Positions 1 through 8,849 of a stretch of 33,904 bases of DNA are shown here, piece after piece (the stretch's first letter is position 1; every line of letters starts with the position of its first letter). Below the pieces are notes generated by a model. That model saw nothing but the letters and a program-made list of their open reading frames with translations, did not search any database and was not told the origin of the DNA. The position numbers and the translations under genes are program-made. Origin of the DNA: Oscillospiraceae bacterium (lineage in GTDB: Bacteria > Bacillota > Clostridia > Oscillospirales > UBA644); assembly GCA_015067385.1 (NCBI GenBank), contig SVMP01000003.1, positions 1 to 33,904 of the forward strand, read 5' to 3'.

Positions 1-129
1 CCTGTCTTCTGCCCGAATCCGAACATTTCACCGTATCGGCTGAAGACAGGCATTGAGCTTCCGGGCGAAAGCAAGGAAGCTCAATGCCTGTCTTCTGCCC
101 GAATCCGAACATTTCACCGTATCGGCTGA
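1..129. repeat. 43-bp direct repeat (1-43, 87-129) plus 21-bp inverted repeat (42-62, 75-95); fold-back structure
   Basis: cctgtcttctgcccgaatccgaacatttcaccgtatcggctga occurs twice; gaagacaggcattgagcttcc is the reverse complement of ggaagctcaatgcctgtcttc. Confidence 0.9.
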
Positions 130-1513
130 GCGTGTCGATAGTCAGAAGTCTGCCAACATCGAAAAAGTAACCGTTACACGATTTTTTCAGCGCCGTTAAG
201 ATGTTTACGTCGCCGTGCGCCGTGTATGCAAAACAAGACGGCTGGTACGTTTCGTAATATGTATAGTAACCTCCGCATTTGTAAGAGGTCTTTTGCTCAA
301 TTATCTCTTCTTCAAGCCCCGCAATGCCCGTGAGCATCTTGTATGTTGAACCCGGCGGGAAAAGACCCGATATCGCTCGGTTAACATACGGCTTTCCGGG
401 GTCCTTCGAAAGCGTTGCAAAATCTGCGCTGTATGTTTCGAGATTGTAGGTCGGATATGACGCCATCGAGTATATCTCGCCCGAATGTATGTCCATAAAT
501 ATCGCCGCACCGGAATTTGCGGCTTCCGGACCGTTTTGTTCTTTCAGCTTACGTATGACCTCCGCAAGCCCTGCCTCCGTTATTTTCTGCATGTCCGTGC
601 TTATCGTTAAAATAACGTCGTTTCCGGCTATCGGCTCAATGTCCTCGATTATGTCGATAACGTTGCCCGATCTGTCTGTCTGCGCATATTTGTATCCGTC
701 TGTGCCTCGCAGCCAGTTTTCGGCTATCTTTTCAATACCCTCTTTGCCGAGAGTGTCGTTTATAGAATATCCGCTTTCACGCAGCCTTTCGTATTCCTCG
801 GCATTGATCTTGCCGACGTAGCCTATTATGTGTGATGCGAATCTTTCGTTTACATACGAACGCACGCTTTCGAATTCAACGGTAACACCGAGGATCTCGG
901 AACTGCGTTCTTTTACCATCGTTACGGCTTCAAGACCGACATCTTCGGCAAAAGTGTAAAAATACCCTGCGCTGTTGTTCTCTATTCCGTAACGTACCGC
1001 AATTATGTCGCGCGCTCTCGAAAGTGTGTAATCTGTAAGCTTATAATATTTGATAAGAGCCTTCAACGCATCTTCCGCGGTTATATTCGACTTTATTTTT
1101 TTGTTCTTTAACCACTTTGAAAAGGCGTTTACCTTTGATTCCGATTCAACGAATGCTTCGTCGTATATGTAAGGCTCGGTTTTTGTGATAGGAAATGTAT
1201 CGTTATATTCTTCGCCGCATTTTTCAAAAATGCTTATTACCTTGTCTATCGTTCCGTTAAGATCTTTTATTATGCTTCGGTCAAATTCGACCGTCATTAT
1301 CGATGAGCTCTGAACTATCGGGCTGCAGTATCTGTCGAGGATCTCGCCTCTAGATGCGTCAACGGATGTTTTGCGTATAACACTGTTTCTCGAAGCCTCA
1401 AGATATTCTTCGCCGTCGATAAGCTGAAGCTTTATAAGCTGAAGAATAAATACCCCTATTATAATAAGGAAGACAGACATTATAACGATAACTCTTGACG
1501 GCTTTGTTACCAT
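2..1513 (-). CDS. mrdA: Penicillin-binding protein 2 (class B PBP, MrdA), 3'-truncated at the window edge
   Basis: Not in the ORF track because it has no stop in the window. Read manually from ATG 1513: MVTKPSRVIVIMSVFLIIIGVFILQLIKLQLIDGEEY...ASRGEILDRY (TM anchor plus PBP dimerisation motif), SxxK (PPGSTYK), SxN (KKSCNGYF) and GFGQKTGIELP. Follows mreD. The last ~75 nt are rearranged (see findings). Confidence 0.9.
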   Translation of the reverse strand, partial: MVTKPSRVIVIMSVFLIIIGVFILQLIKLQLIDGEEYLEASRNSVIRKTSVDASRGEILDRYCSPIVQSSSIMTVEFDRSIIKDLNGTIDKVISIFEKCGEEYNDTFPITKTEPYIYDEAFVESESKVNAFSKWLKNKKIKSNITAEDALKALIKYYKLTDYTLSRARDIIAVRYGIENNSAGYFYTFAEDVGLEAVTMVKERSSEILGVTVEFESVRSYVNERFASHIIGYVGKINAEEYERLRESGYSINDTLGKEGIEKIAENWLRGTDGYKYAQTDRSGNVIDIIEDIEPIAGNDVILTISTDMQKITEAGLAEVIRKLKEQNGPEAANSGAAIFMDIHSGEIYSMASYPTYNLETYSADFATLSKDPGKPYVNRAISGLFPPGSTYKMLTGIAGLEEEIIEQKTSYKCGGYYTYYETYQPSCFAYTAHGDVNILTALKKSCNGYFFDVGRLLTIDTLSRYGEMFGFGQKTGIELPCFRPEAQCLSSADTVKCSDSGRRQ

Positions 1514-2016
1514 ATGCCCTCCCTTTCTTCATGGAGAGCAAAACGCTTGCCCATGAATCTGATTATCGGGTATGTTATGATGACAGTCGGCACGGTAAGC
1601 AATATCTTCGGCATCGCAATAAACAGAAAAACATCTGCTATGCTCTCGGATGTAAAAAACGAATATGCACCTGCGAGAATACATTCGCTTACGACTGACG
1701 ATACCGCCGTTAAAAAGAATGCTCCGACAAATGACACGGCGATCTTCTGGTAGACCGTGATCCCGATAATGAACCCTATTATCATAAATGTGAGGGCGTT
1801 GACGCCGAATACCGCCGCCGATGTAAAATCAAGAAAAAGACCGAAAACAAGCCCGAATATCGCGCCGAAGCGTTCTTTTTCAACCATAGCTATGCAAACC
1901 GTTGCGGAAAGAAGAAATTCAGGACCGATCCCGAATATCTTTAACGGAACAAAAACGGCATCAATAAGGAAAAATAATATGAAAACAAGCGAATAGCCTA
2001 TTATTCTCTTTCTCAT
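1507..2016 (-). CDS. mreD: Rod shape-determining protein MreD
   Basis: Hydrophobic ~170-aa protein with GAIFGLVFGLFLD; ATG at 2016 overlaps the mreC stop (ATGA); lies between mreC and mrdA. Confidence 0.88.
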   Translation of the reverse strand: MRKRIIGYSLVFILFFLIDAVFVPLKIFGIGPEFLLSATVCIAMVEKERFGAIFGLVFGLFLDFTSAAVFGVNALTFMIIGFIIGITVYQKIAVSFVGAFFLTAVSSVVSECILAGAYSFFTSESIADVFLFIAMPKILLTVPTVIITYPIIRFMGKRFALHEEREGIW

Positions 2017-2849
2017 TCGCCCGCCCACGCTCCGTTCGTTATGTACACCCTGCGAAGTCCGTCAAGGCTTGCCGCCGGCTCGATCGTCGCATTCTGAGCA
2101 AGTCCGTTTTCCTCAGATTCAACCTCTGTTATTTTTCCGATAAGTATCCCTGCGGGGAAAACACCGCCGAGACCTGATGTGAAAACAATATCGCCTCTTA
2201 TTACCGATGCGTCCGCCGTGAGATAAGAAAGCCTTAAAAGTCCTTTCGCTCTCAGGGAAACATCGCTTTCCGTAACGCCTGTCGCTTCGCTTCTTTTAAC
2301 GGTTGCGCCGACAGACATCGACGGGTCGGTTATCGCCGTTACCGTCGCCCAGTTAAAGCCTATGTCCGTGACCTTCCCCACAAGCCCGTCGCACGAAACG
2401 ACGACAGAGTTGAGCTTTATTCCGTCAAGCGTGCCTTTGTTTACGGAAAATGTCGAGCCGAAGCCGTCTGCCGATACGGAAACGATGTCCGCCGCAACGT
2501 ACTGCAGGTCGTGAGATGTTTCAATAACATTGACTAATTTTTTCAGACGCTCTATTTCAACTTCGTTCGTGTACGTGTCCGCAAGCTCCGTTTCAAGCTT
2601 CGCCACCTGCTTTTTCAGCTCTTCGTTTTCTTTTTGCAGTTCGGAAAATTCCGCAAATGTGTTGATAATATCTTCCGTTCCGTTTTTTACCCATGTTCCG
2701 AAAGATGCAAACGGCGTGGCAATAAAGCCGATAAGATCTCTCGGTGCGGTGACTCCGCCGTCCAGAAGCATGTTAAGCATGAATCCGGCAAGGAAGCACG
2801 CGATGAAAACGAGCGTTATGAAGAATTTTCCGCGGAAAAAATCGCGCAT
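2013..2849 (-). CDS. mreC: Rod shape-determining protein MreC
   Basis: N-terminal TM, coiled coil (LQKENEELKKQV), NKGTLDGI, GLVGKV and TSGLGGVFPAGILIG motifs; GGAGG RBS. Confidence 0.95.
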   Translation of the reverse strand: MRDFFRGKFFITLVFIACFLAGFMLNMLLDGGVTAPRDLIGFIATPFASFGTWVKNGTEDIINTFAEFSELQKENEELKKQVAKLETELADTYTNEVEIERLKKLVNVIETSHDLQYVAADIVSVSADGFGSTFSVNKGTLDGIKLNSVVVSCDGLVGKVTDIGFNWATVTAITDPSMSVGATVKRSEATGVTESDVSLRAKGLLRLSYLTADASVIRGDIVFTSGLGGVFPAGILIGKITEVESEENGLAQNATIEPAASLDGLRRVYITNGAWAGE

Positions 2850-2881
2850 ACTGCCACCTCCGTTGTGTGTTGTTTTGAGTT

Positions 2882-3880
2882 TTATTCGATGGTCGATGCT
2901 TTCTTGAGCTTGTCTATCATGCCCGCCGCCCTGCCTGCTCCTATCGCAATGCAGTCGAGAGCGTTGACCGCAACTTCGGTTGAAACGCCGGTCTCCTTAT
3001 ATATAAATTCCGACCATCCGGGAAGCTGTGAACCGCCCCCGATAAGAATTATTCCGTTCTGGATTATGTCTGCCGCAAGCTCCGGATCAACACGCTCAAG
3101 CGTCGCTTTTATCGCATCTACTATCCCTTCGAGCGATTCCTTCATCGCTATATACACCTCGTCCGATGAGATCGTGAGGTTCAACGGCAGTCCGTCTATG
3201 AGGTCTCGTCCGCTGACTGTCATAAAATCGACCGTTTCACGTTCGACCGCAGCTCCGAGCCTTATTTTTATTTCTTCGGCTATCTGATCGCCGATAAGGA
3301 TATTGTATGTTTTTCTTACGTATGCAACAATATCTTTGTCCATCTGTATTCCGCAGCTGTGACATGTCGTTTCCGCAACTATTCCGCCGAGTGAAACGAC
3401 CGAGACCTCTGTCTTTCCGCCGCCGATGTCAACTATCATGTGTCCGCTCGGCTCAAATATCGGCAGATTAAGCCCTATTGCCGCCGCCAGAGGATCTTCG
3501 AGAAGATGGATCTTTTTGATTTTTGATGATAGAACAGCGTCCTCAACGGCTCGTCTTTCAACCGCCGTCGAACCGTACGGAACGGTCACCACCGCTCTTA
3601 TCGGGGTGAAGGGACGTTTGATCCGACTGACAAACGATGTGAGCATGACGGATGTTCTGTCAAAATTTGCAATAACGCCGTCGTCAAGCGGACGTATGGC
3701 TGTTACCGTATCGGGAGTTCTGCCGAGCATCTGTCTTGCCTCTTCGCCCACCGCCATGAGCTTGTTTGAAAAGCTTTCAACCGCAATAACGGACGGCTGA
3801 TCGAGAAGCATTCCTTTTGATTTACTGTAAATTCGAGTGTTGCTCGTTCCGAGATCTATTCCTACATCAAAGATGCCCAA
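2882..3880 (-). CDS. mreB: Rod shape-determining protein MreB (divergent)
   Basis: GIDLGTSNT, GRTP, IRPLDDGVIA, VDIGGG, AEEIK and GRDL motifs; upstream of mreCD. Confidence 0.93.
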   Translation of the reverse strand: MGIFDVGIDLGTSNTRIYSKSKGMLLDQPSVIAVESFSNKLMAVGEEARQMLGRTPDTVTAIRPLDDGVIANFDRTSVMLTSFVSRIKRPFTPIRAVVTVPYGSTAVERRAVEDAVLSSKIKKIHLLEDPLAAAIGLNLPIFEPSGHMIVDIGGGKTEVSVVSLGGIVAETTCHSCGIQMDKDIVAYVRKTYNILIGDQIAEEIKIRLGAAVERETVDFMTVSGRDLIDGLPLNLTISSDEVYIAMKESLEGIVDAIKATLERVDPELAADIIQNGIILIGGGSQLPGWSEFIYKETGVSTEVAVNALDCIAIGAGRAAGMIDKLKKASTIE

Positions 3881-4473
3881 AAGATTACCCCCTTCTTTTT
3901 AAGTATGTCGTAAAGCGGAGAAAGCGGAAGCCCAACAACGTTGAAATAATCACCGTCTATCTTTTCTATGAAAACACAGGCTCTTCCCTGGATGGCGTAC
4001 GCTCCTGCTTTGTCCGAGCACTCACCCGATGCTACGTAATCACGTATCTCGCTGTCGGAAAGCGCTTTGAAATATACCTTTGTTTTAACGGCAAACGTCT
4101 CCGCGCCGTTTCTGTCTCTTACCGTAACACCCGTGTATACCTCGTTTGCCTTTCCCGAAAGATTCGAGATCATCCGGTATGCGTCGGCGTCGTCTTTGGG
4201 TTTCCCCATTATGCCCTCGCCCTCAAGGTAAACTACGGTGTCTGCCGCAATTACTATCGCCTCGGGGTTTTGTTCGAAAACGCTTTCCGCCTTTTTCTCC
4301 GACAGAAAACGTACGAGCATCTCCGGTTCTTTTATATCGCATTGTTCGTCCGCATCGGATACACATATACGGAAAGTGACGCCGATCTGTTCAAGCAGCT
4401 CGCGGCGTCTCGGTGATGCGGAGGCAAGAATTACCTCACCGACAGGATTTTTGTTTGCGGATATATCGCTCAT
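3862..4473 (-). CDS. maf: Maf-family nucleoside triphosphate pyrophosphatase
   Basis: ILASASPRRRELL, IAADTVV, GKP, DKAGAYAIQG and NVVGLP motifs. Confidence 0.95.
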   Translation of the reverse strand: MSDISANKNPVGEVILASASPRRRELLEQIGVTFRICVSDADEQCDIKEPEMLVRFLSEKKAESVFEQNPEAIVIAADTVVYLEGEGIMGKPKDDADAYRMISNLSGKANEVYTGVTVRDRNGAETFAVKTKVYFKALSDSEIRDYVASGECSDKAGAYAIQGRACVFIEKIDGDYFNVVGLPLSPLYDILKKKGVIFWASLM

Positions 4474-4868
4474 TCTTCGCTGTTCCCCATGACAATATCT
4501 AACATTCGCCTGTATTTTATCGGATCCTTTCCCTTCAGCTCAAATATCATTCGAGCCATGTGAACGAAAAGCTCATCCTCGCTTCCGAAGTTCATGAATA
4601 ATGCCGTGTCCTTCGTTTCAAGCTTATAGGCTTTGCATATTTTTGTTATAACTTCCTGTGACGGAACGAGAGGCATGCCCGAACGCGGATCCGCACCGTT
4701 TTCGAGAGATGCGAGATACGAATGGCTGATGCCGATAAGCTCGCCTGCCGCGCGCAGACTCAAGCCCCTCTTTATCCGTTCACGTTTAAGCGTCTCACCG
4801 AGTGACTTTGTATCGGTCTGCTCGGCGAGATCTGTCTGTTCGTCAAAATCGGGACGGTTACTGTTCAT
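4470..4868 (-). CDS. XRE-family helix-turn-helix protein
   Basis: LGETLKRERIKRGLSLRAAGELIGISHSYLASLENG is an HTH_3-like motif; ATG 4868 preferred to the ORF-track start 4910 because it overlaps yebC less; the stop overlaps the maf start. Confidence 0.8.
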   Translation of the reverse strand: MNSNRPDFDEQTDLAEQTDTKSLGETLKRERIKRGLSLRAAGELIGISHSYLASLENGADPRSGMPLVPSQEVITKICKAYKLETKDTALFMNFGSEDELFVHMARMIFELKGKDPIKYRRMLDIVMGNSEE

Positions 4869-5583
4869 CCCAGTTGTGCCATACGTTCTGTACGTCGTCG
4901 TTTTCTTCAAGATGATCGAGAAGCTTCTGCATGTTCTTGATCTGATCTTCGTCGGTAAGAGTTATGTAGTTAGAGGGAACCATTTCTGCTTCTGCGGAAA
5001 GGAATGTGTAACCCTTTTGTTCGAGAGCTTCGCATACGGAGCTGAGATTTTCGGGTGTGGTGTAGATCTCGTAAACCTCTTCTTCGATAACAAAGTCTTC
5101 TGCATCAAGCTCAAGAACATCGTCCATAAGCTTTTCTTCGGAATATTCCTCTTTGTCGATTACGATAACGCCTTTCTTCGTAAAGAGCCAGTTAACAGAA
5201 CCTGTCTGACCGAGGTTGCCGCCGAATTTATCGAAATAGTGACGTACGTCTGCGGCGGTTCTGTTTCTGTTTTCGGTAACTGCTTCAACGATTACCGCAA
5301 TACCTGCAGGACCGTAGCCCTCGTATGCGATCTCTTCGTAGTTTACGTTTTCGCCTTCACCGGATGCCTTTTTGATGCATCTTTCGATGTTGTCGTTGGG
5401 AACGTTGTTTGCCTTAGCCTTAAGAATGATGTCTTTAAGGCGACCGTTGGCTTCGGGATCGGGTCCGCCGTTCTTAACAGCGAGAACGATCTCTCTGCCT
5501 ATTTTTGTGAAGACACTTGCTCTCTGCTTATCTGTCTTCTCTTTCTTGTGCATAATGTTTTTCCACTTGGAATGACCGGACAT
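4858..5583 (-). CDS. yebC: YebC/PmpR family protein
   Basis: MSGHSKWKNI, GGPDPEAN, YEGYGPAG, NRNRT and DDVQNVWHN motifs; GGAGG RBS before ATG 5583. Confidence 0.95.
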   Translation of the reverse strand: MSGHSKWKNIMHKKEKTDKQRASVFTKIGREIVLAVKNGGPDPEANGRLKDIILKAKANNVPNDNIERCIKKASGEGENVNYEEIAYEGYGPAGIAVIVEAVTENRNRTAADVRHYFDKFGGNLGQTGSVNWLFTKKGVIVIDKEEYSEEKLMDDVLELDAEDFVIEEEVYEIYTTPENLSSVCEALEQKGYTFLSAEAEMVPSNYITLTDEDQIKNMQKLLDHLEENDDVQNVWHNWDEQ

Positions 5584-5624
5584 AAAAACCTCCAAAATAT
5601 ATCTGAGAATTTGATTTATTAAAA

Positions 5625-7262
5625 TTATTTTTTAATCAATGTTAAGAATAAAACGGGTATCGACCATATCGCATTGAAAAGAACGGTCCAGATCGGGCCG
5701 GGCGCCGAATGATCGATGAAAAATGCAATTGATGTTAAAACAAGACCGAGGATTATCGATGCTATTTTTACAAGAACGCTCATGTTTACAACGGATGCCA
5801 GCTTCTTCGCTTTTCTTACCGATGAAAGAATGCCTATCGCATTTTTCGTCGTTATCATGTCGGGAACAGCATTCGTTTCCTCTATGTCTTCGCATACGGA
5901 CGTTATAAGCTTACGCTCGTCCGCATCGGGAACAACTATCTTCGTATTGTTAAGCCCGTAAAGCTTCTGAATGGCGATCTCGGTGATATTGCAGTCGTTC
6001 GTTGTTGCGATTATTGCAAAATCCTCGCCTACGGTCTCCGCGGCGCGCTTCATTTCCGGGTCGCACGCATAGCTGAACACCGTGTACGAAACAAGAACAC
6101 CGTTTATTACCGTGTATATGATGCTTCTGTTTGTGGATGTCAAAGAAGCTTCTATCTCCTGAGAAAGCGGCGCTATCTCGTAAGAAAGCAGCATGTTTCT
6201 GTTTCCCACAAGGACCTCGTCGCCGTAAATATGTGCGACAACGCCGTAATTTTTCATGTATCGCCAATCGTCAACCTCGGGAAGACGGTCCGCATCACAG
6301 CCCGTTTCCGCTATGAATGTCGGGGCAAACGGTGATTCCGATTCGAGAAGTACAGCCGCCGTAAATTCAACCGCATCAGCCATCTTCTCTTTGTCACGAA
6401 AACGGAATCTCTCCATTCTCGTACGCTTTGCCGGGAAAAGATCAACGTCCGACACGACCAATGTTGAAACATCTCTCATGGCTTCGATCGAATGGTAGCC
6501 CAGAAGAACGCTGCCGAGCTTTCGAAGACGTCTCTGTTCGGCAATATACGGCAAAACAAAAGCCATTTCAGCCGTAAACGATGCCGCTATCGCAAACAAC
6601 GCAGCAAACGCCGCCGCAAATGCGCCGAAGCCCGATATGAAGCCCACTATCGCAGAGATTATCAGTATCGCTCCGCTTGCTATCGGAACAAACATCCGTA
6701 TCTTTTCTTCCGATGGATCTCCGTCATACGTCGTATCGACAACATTCGGGAATTTTACGATCGGGTTTACGATGCAGACACGGTCTATCGCACGCTTGTG
6801 CATGTCGATATCGCTCGTGTTGACAATGTACGTCTTACTGCTTTTTATTAAATTCAGGTTTGTTATTATCTCGCAGATAAATAAATATTTCATCGCCATC
6901 GATATTGCGGCGGAAAGAAATATTGCGGGAGCAAATGTGTGAAACTCACTGCCCTCCGGTGTAAAAATAAGGACTAACGACTGTATCGCCGCCGCTATGA
7001 GCGCAACGGATGTCAAAGAGTCGTTTGACGGACGAAGCAGGAATATAGAAATCAGCCCGTCGCCCATCTCCTGTGCGCAGAAAAAGAATACCGTGACAGA
7101 TAAAACGAGGCCCGCAATACCGTTTACCATCGGAGGAAGCCCGATAAGTGCAAGGATCGCTGTCAGTACTGCCGCAAATACGGAAACCAATGTCTTGACC
7201 CCGAAAGCGTCCTTCGACGCCTGCGCAACATTGAACTGTTCACGGAAATAATTATCTCTCAA
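5625..7262 (-). CDS. Membrane protein with degenerate P1B-type ATPase-like N/P domains (catalytic motifs absent)
   Basis: Several TM segments plus a soluble region alignable by eye to heavy-metal P-type ATPases (GVVAHIYGDEVLVGNRNML, IYTVINGVLV); DKTGT, TGE, HP and GDGxND are absent; TTG start. Confidence 0.6.
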   Translation of the reverse strand: MRDNYFREQFNVAQASKDAFGVKTLVSVFAAVLTAILALIGLPPMVNGIAGLVLSVTVFFFCAQEMGDGLISIFLLRPSNDSLTSVALIAAAIQSLVLIFTPEGSEFHTFAPAIFLSAAISMAMKYLFICEIITNLNLIKSSKTYIVNTSDIDMHKRAIDRVCIVNPIVKFPNVVDTTYDGDPSEEKIRMFVPIASGAILIISAIVGFISGFGAFAAAFAALFAIAASFTAEMAFVLPYIAEQRRLRKLGSVLLGYHSIEAMRDVSTLVVSDVDLFPAKRTRMERFRFRDKEKMADAVEFTAAVLLESESPFAPTFIAETGCDADRLPEVDDWRYMKNYGVVAHIYGDEVLVGNRNMLLSYEIAPLSQEIEASLTSTNRSIIYTVINGVLVSYTVFSYACDPEMKRAAETVGEDFAIIATTNDCNITEIAIQKLYGLNNTKIVVPDADERKLITSVCEDIEETNAVPDMITTKNAIGILSSVRKAKKLASVVNMSVLVKIASIILGLVLTSIAFFIDHSAPGPIWTVLFNAIWSIPVLFLTLIKK

Positions 7263-7277
7263 AGAAATTTACCCCGA

Positions 7278-8162
7278 TCATGCTCTGTCTTGTCTTACTT
7301 TTTCGTACATCGCAACCGCAGCCGCAACCGATATGTTGAGCGATGTTATCTCGCCTGCCATGGGGATCTTTATAAGGTGGTCGCATCTTTCTCTTACAAG
7401 TCTCGAAAGCCCTGTTCCTTCATCGCCCATAACAAGAGCCACTGCTCCGCGAAGATCCGTTCCGTAGATGTCGTTTTCCGCAGCGCCGTCCGTGCCGTAG
7501 ATCCAGACGTTCTGCTCTTTGAGATATTCGATCGTCTCCGCAATGTTGACAACTCTTGCGATCTTCATATATTCGCAGGCTCCCGCCGCTGTCTTGTATA
7601 CGGTCGCCGTAAGACCGCATGCACCTCTCTTGGGAAGGATTATGCCGTGAACACCTGCCGCATTTGCGGTCCTTATTATCGCACCGAGATTTCTCGGATC
7701 GTTGATACCGTCGATAACGATGATAAAGGGCTTCTCTTCTTTCTCTTTTGCATATTCGAGAATGTCCTCCGGTTCACAGTAGGAAAATTCGGTCGTTATC
7801 GCAACAACGCCCTGATGCGATGCCGAACGTGTCATGCTGTCAAGCTTTGCCTTTTCCGCTTCAACGACAGTGATACCGTTTTCTTTAGCCATCGCGATAA
7901 CTCTGACTATAGAGCCTTCTCTGTCGCCCTTTGCAACGAAAAGCTTGTCTACCGTTCTGCCCGAACGTATAGCCTCCATTACGGAGTTTCTGCCGAAGAC
8001 CATGTTTTCGCTGTCTTCGCTTGCCTGACCTCTTCCGTCATCTTTTCTTCTTTCGGGCTTGGGTGATTTTGCATATGAGGGCTTTTTGTAATTCGGGTTT
8101 CTTCCCGTTGTTTTACCTTTGGGTTTATTGTCTCTCATGTCTTGTTCCTTTCGCTTTGACAA
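7278..8162 (-). CDS. rlmB: 23S rRNA (guanosine-2251-2'-O)-methyltransferase RlmB
   Basis: GRNSVMEA, HQGVVA, DPRNLGAIIRTA, GDEGTG and IPMAGEITSLNISVA SPOUT motifs; TTG start with AGGAGAGG upstream (alternative ATG 8138). Confidence 0.93.
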   Translation of the reverse strand: MSKRKEQDMRDNKPKGKTTGRNPNYKKPSYAKSPKPERRKDDGRGQASEDSENMVFGRNSVMEAIRSGRTVDKLFVAKGDREGSIVRVIAMAKENGITVVEAEKAKLDSMTRSASHQGVVAITTEFSYCEPEDILEYAKEKEEKPFIIVIDGINDPRNLGAIIRTANAAGVHGIILPKRGACGLTATVYKTAAGACEYMKIARVVNIAETIEYLKEQNVWIYGTDGAAENDIYGTDLRGAVALVMGDEGTGLSRLVRERCDHLIKIPMAGEITSLNISVAAAVAMYEKVRQDRA

Positions 8163-8239
8163 ATGCGAAATTTTCCTCTCCTGATGTACTTTTTCTGTAT
8201 TTTTGATCTGTTATTTTACTTTTATTTGAGTTACATTAT

Positions 8240-8248
8240 ATTATAACA
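8240..8248 (-). promoter_or_regulatory. Extended -10 promoter element upstream of rlmB
   Basis: Minus strand reads TGT-TATAAT; the -35 at 17 bp (TTTTCA) is weak. Confidence 0.45.
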
Positions 8249-8354
8249 CATTTTTTTTCATTTGAAAAGGGGTCAACGATTATTTCGACATTTTACATAA
8301 AATAAAGTTGTTTATTTGTGCAATTTACACAATAAAAAATTCGGATTTTTCCGC

Positions 8355-8849
8355 TCAGATAAAGATCGAGGTGAAAAAATAGCCTAAAATCATGTTTATT
8401 GCCGTAAAAATGACGGTCGCCGCCGCCGAAACGGGTATGTATTCACGGAGCCTCATTTTCATCAGCCCCGCAGGGATCGAGATAAATGTTCTTACAACGG
8501 GAATAAGCCTTGCCGCAAAAAGCCCTCCCGCTCCCCGCCTGTCGATCATATCAACGGTTTTGCCGTAAAGCTCCGATGTCTTTCCGTATTTGAGACAGAC
8601 GTTTTTTACCGTGTCCGAAAACAGATACGAAACACCGTATACCGTCATCTGCGAAAGCATCGCAAAAACCGATAATATTATCAACGTGCTCATAAACGGA
8701 ATATATCCAAGCCCTGCCACAACTCCTGCCGCCGGCATCGTTATTCCTCCCGGAAAGCCGGGAATGTTGAGATATTCGATATAGACAAGAACGGCAAGAA
8801 TGACAACGCCGTATCTTTCCGTAAATTCAATTATTTCAGCTATTTTCAT
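8355..8849 (-). CDS. DedA family membrane protein
   Basis: IEYLNIPGFPG and ARLIPVVRTFISIPAGLMKM DedA signature; hydrophobic. Confidence 0.88.
   Translation of the reverse strand: MKIAEIIEFTERYGVVILAVLVYIEYLNIPGFPGGITMPAAGVVAGLGYIPFMSTLIILSVFAMLSQMTVYGVSYLFSDTVKNVCLKYGKTSELYGKTVDMIDRRGAGGLFAARLIPVVRTFISIPAGLMKMRLREYIPVSAAATVIFTAINMILGYFFTSIFI

Noticed and set aside
1-129. Repeat-spacer-repeat resembling a mini CRISPR array or IS end
   Set aside because: All parts are mrdA coding sequence in one orientation or the other; only two copies, and no cas or transposase gene.
4470-4868. Prophage repressor or prophage remnant
   Set aside because: No integrase, att-like repeats or other phage genes nearby; flanked by overlapping core genes.
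4633-5622. 329-aa plus-strand ORF antisense to yebC and the HTH gene
   Set aside because: No recognisable motifs; a shadow ORF of a codon-biased real gene.
8316-8332. Palindrome TTGTG-N7-CACAA resembling a Rex operator
   Set aside because: One base shorter than the Rex TTGTG-N8-CACAA spacing and not next to redox genes; may be just a weak hairpin after dedA.
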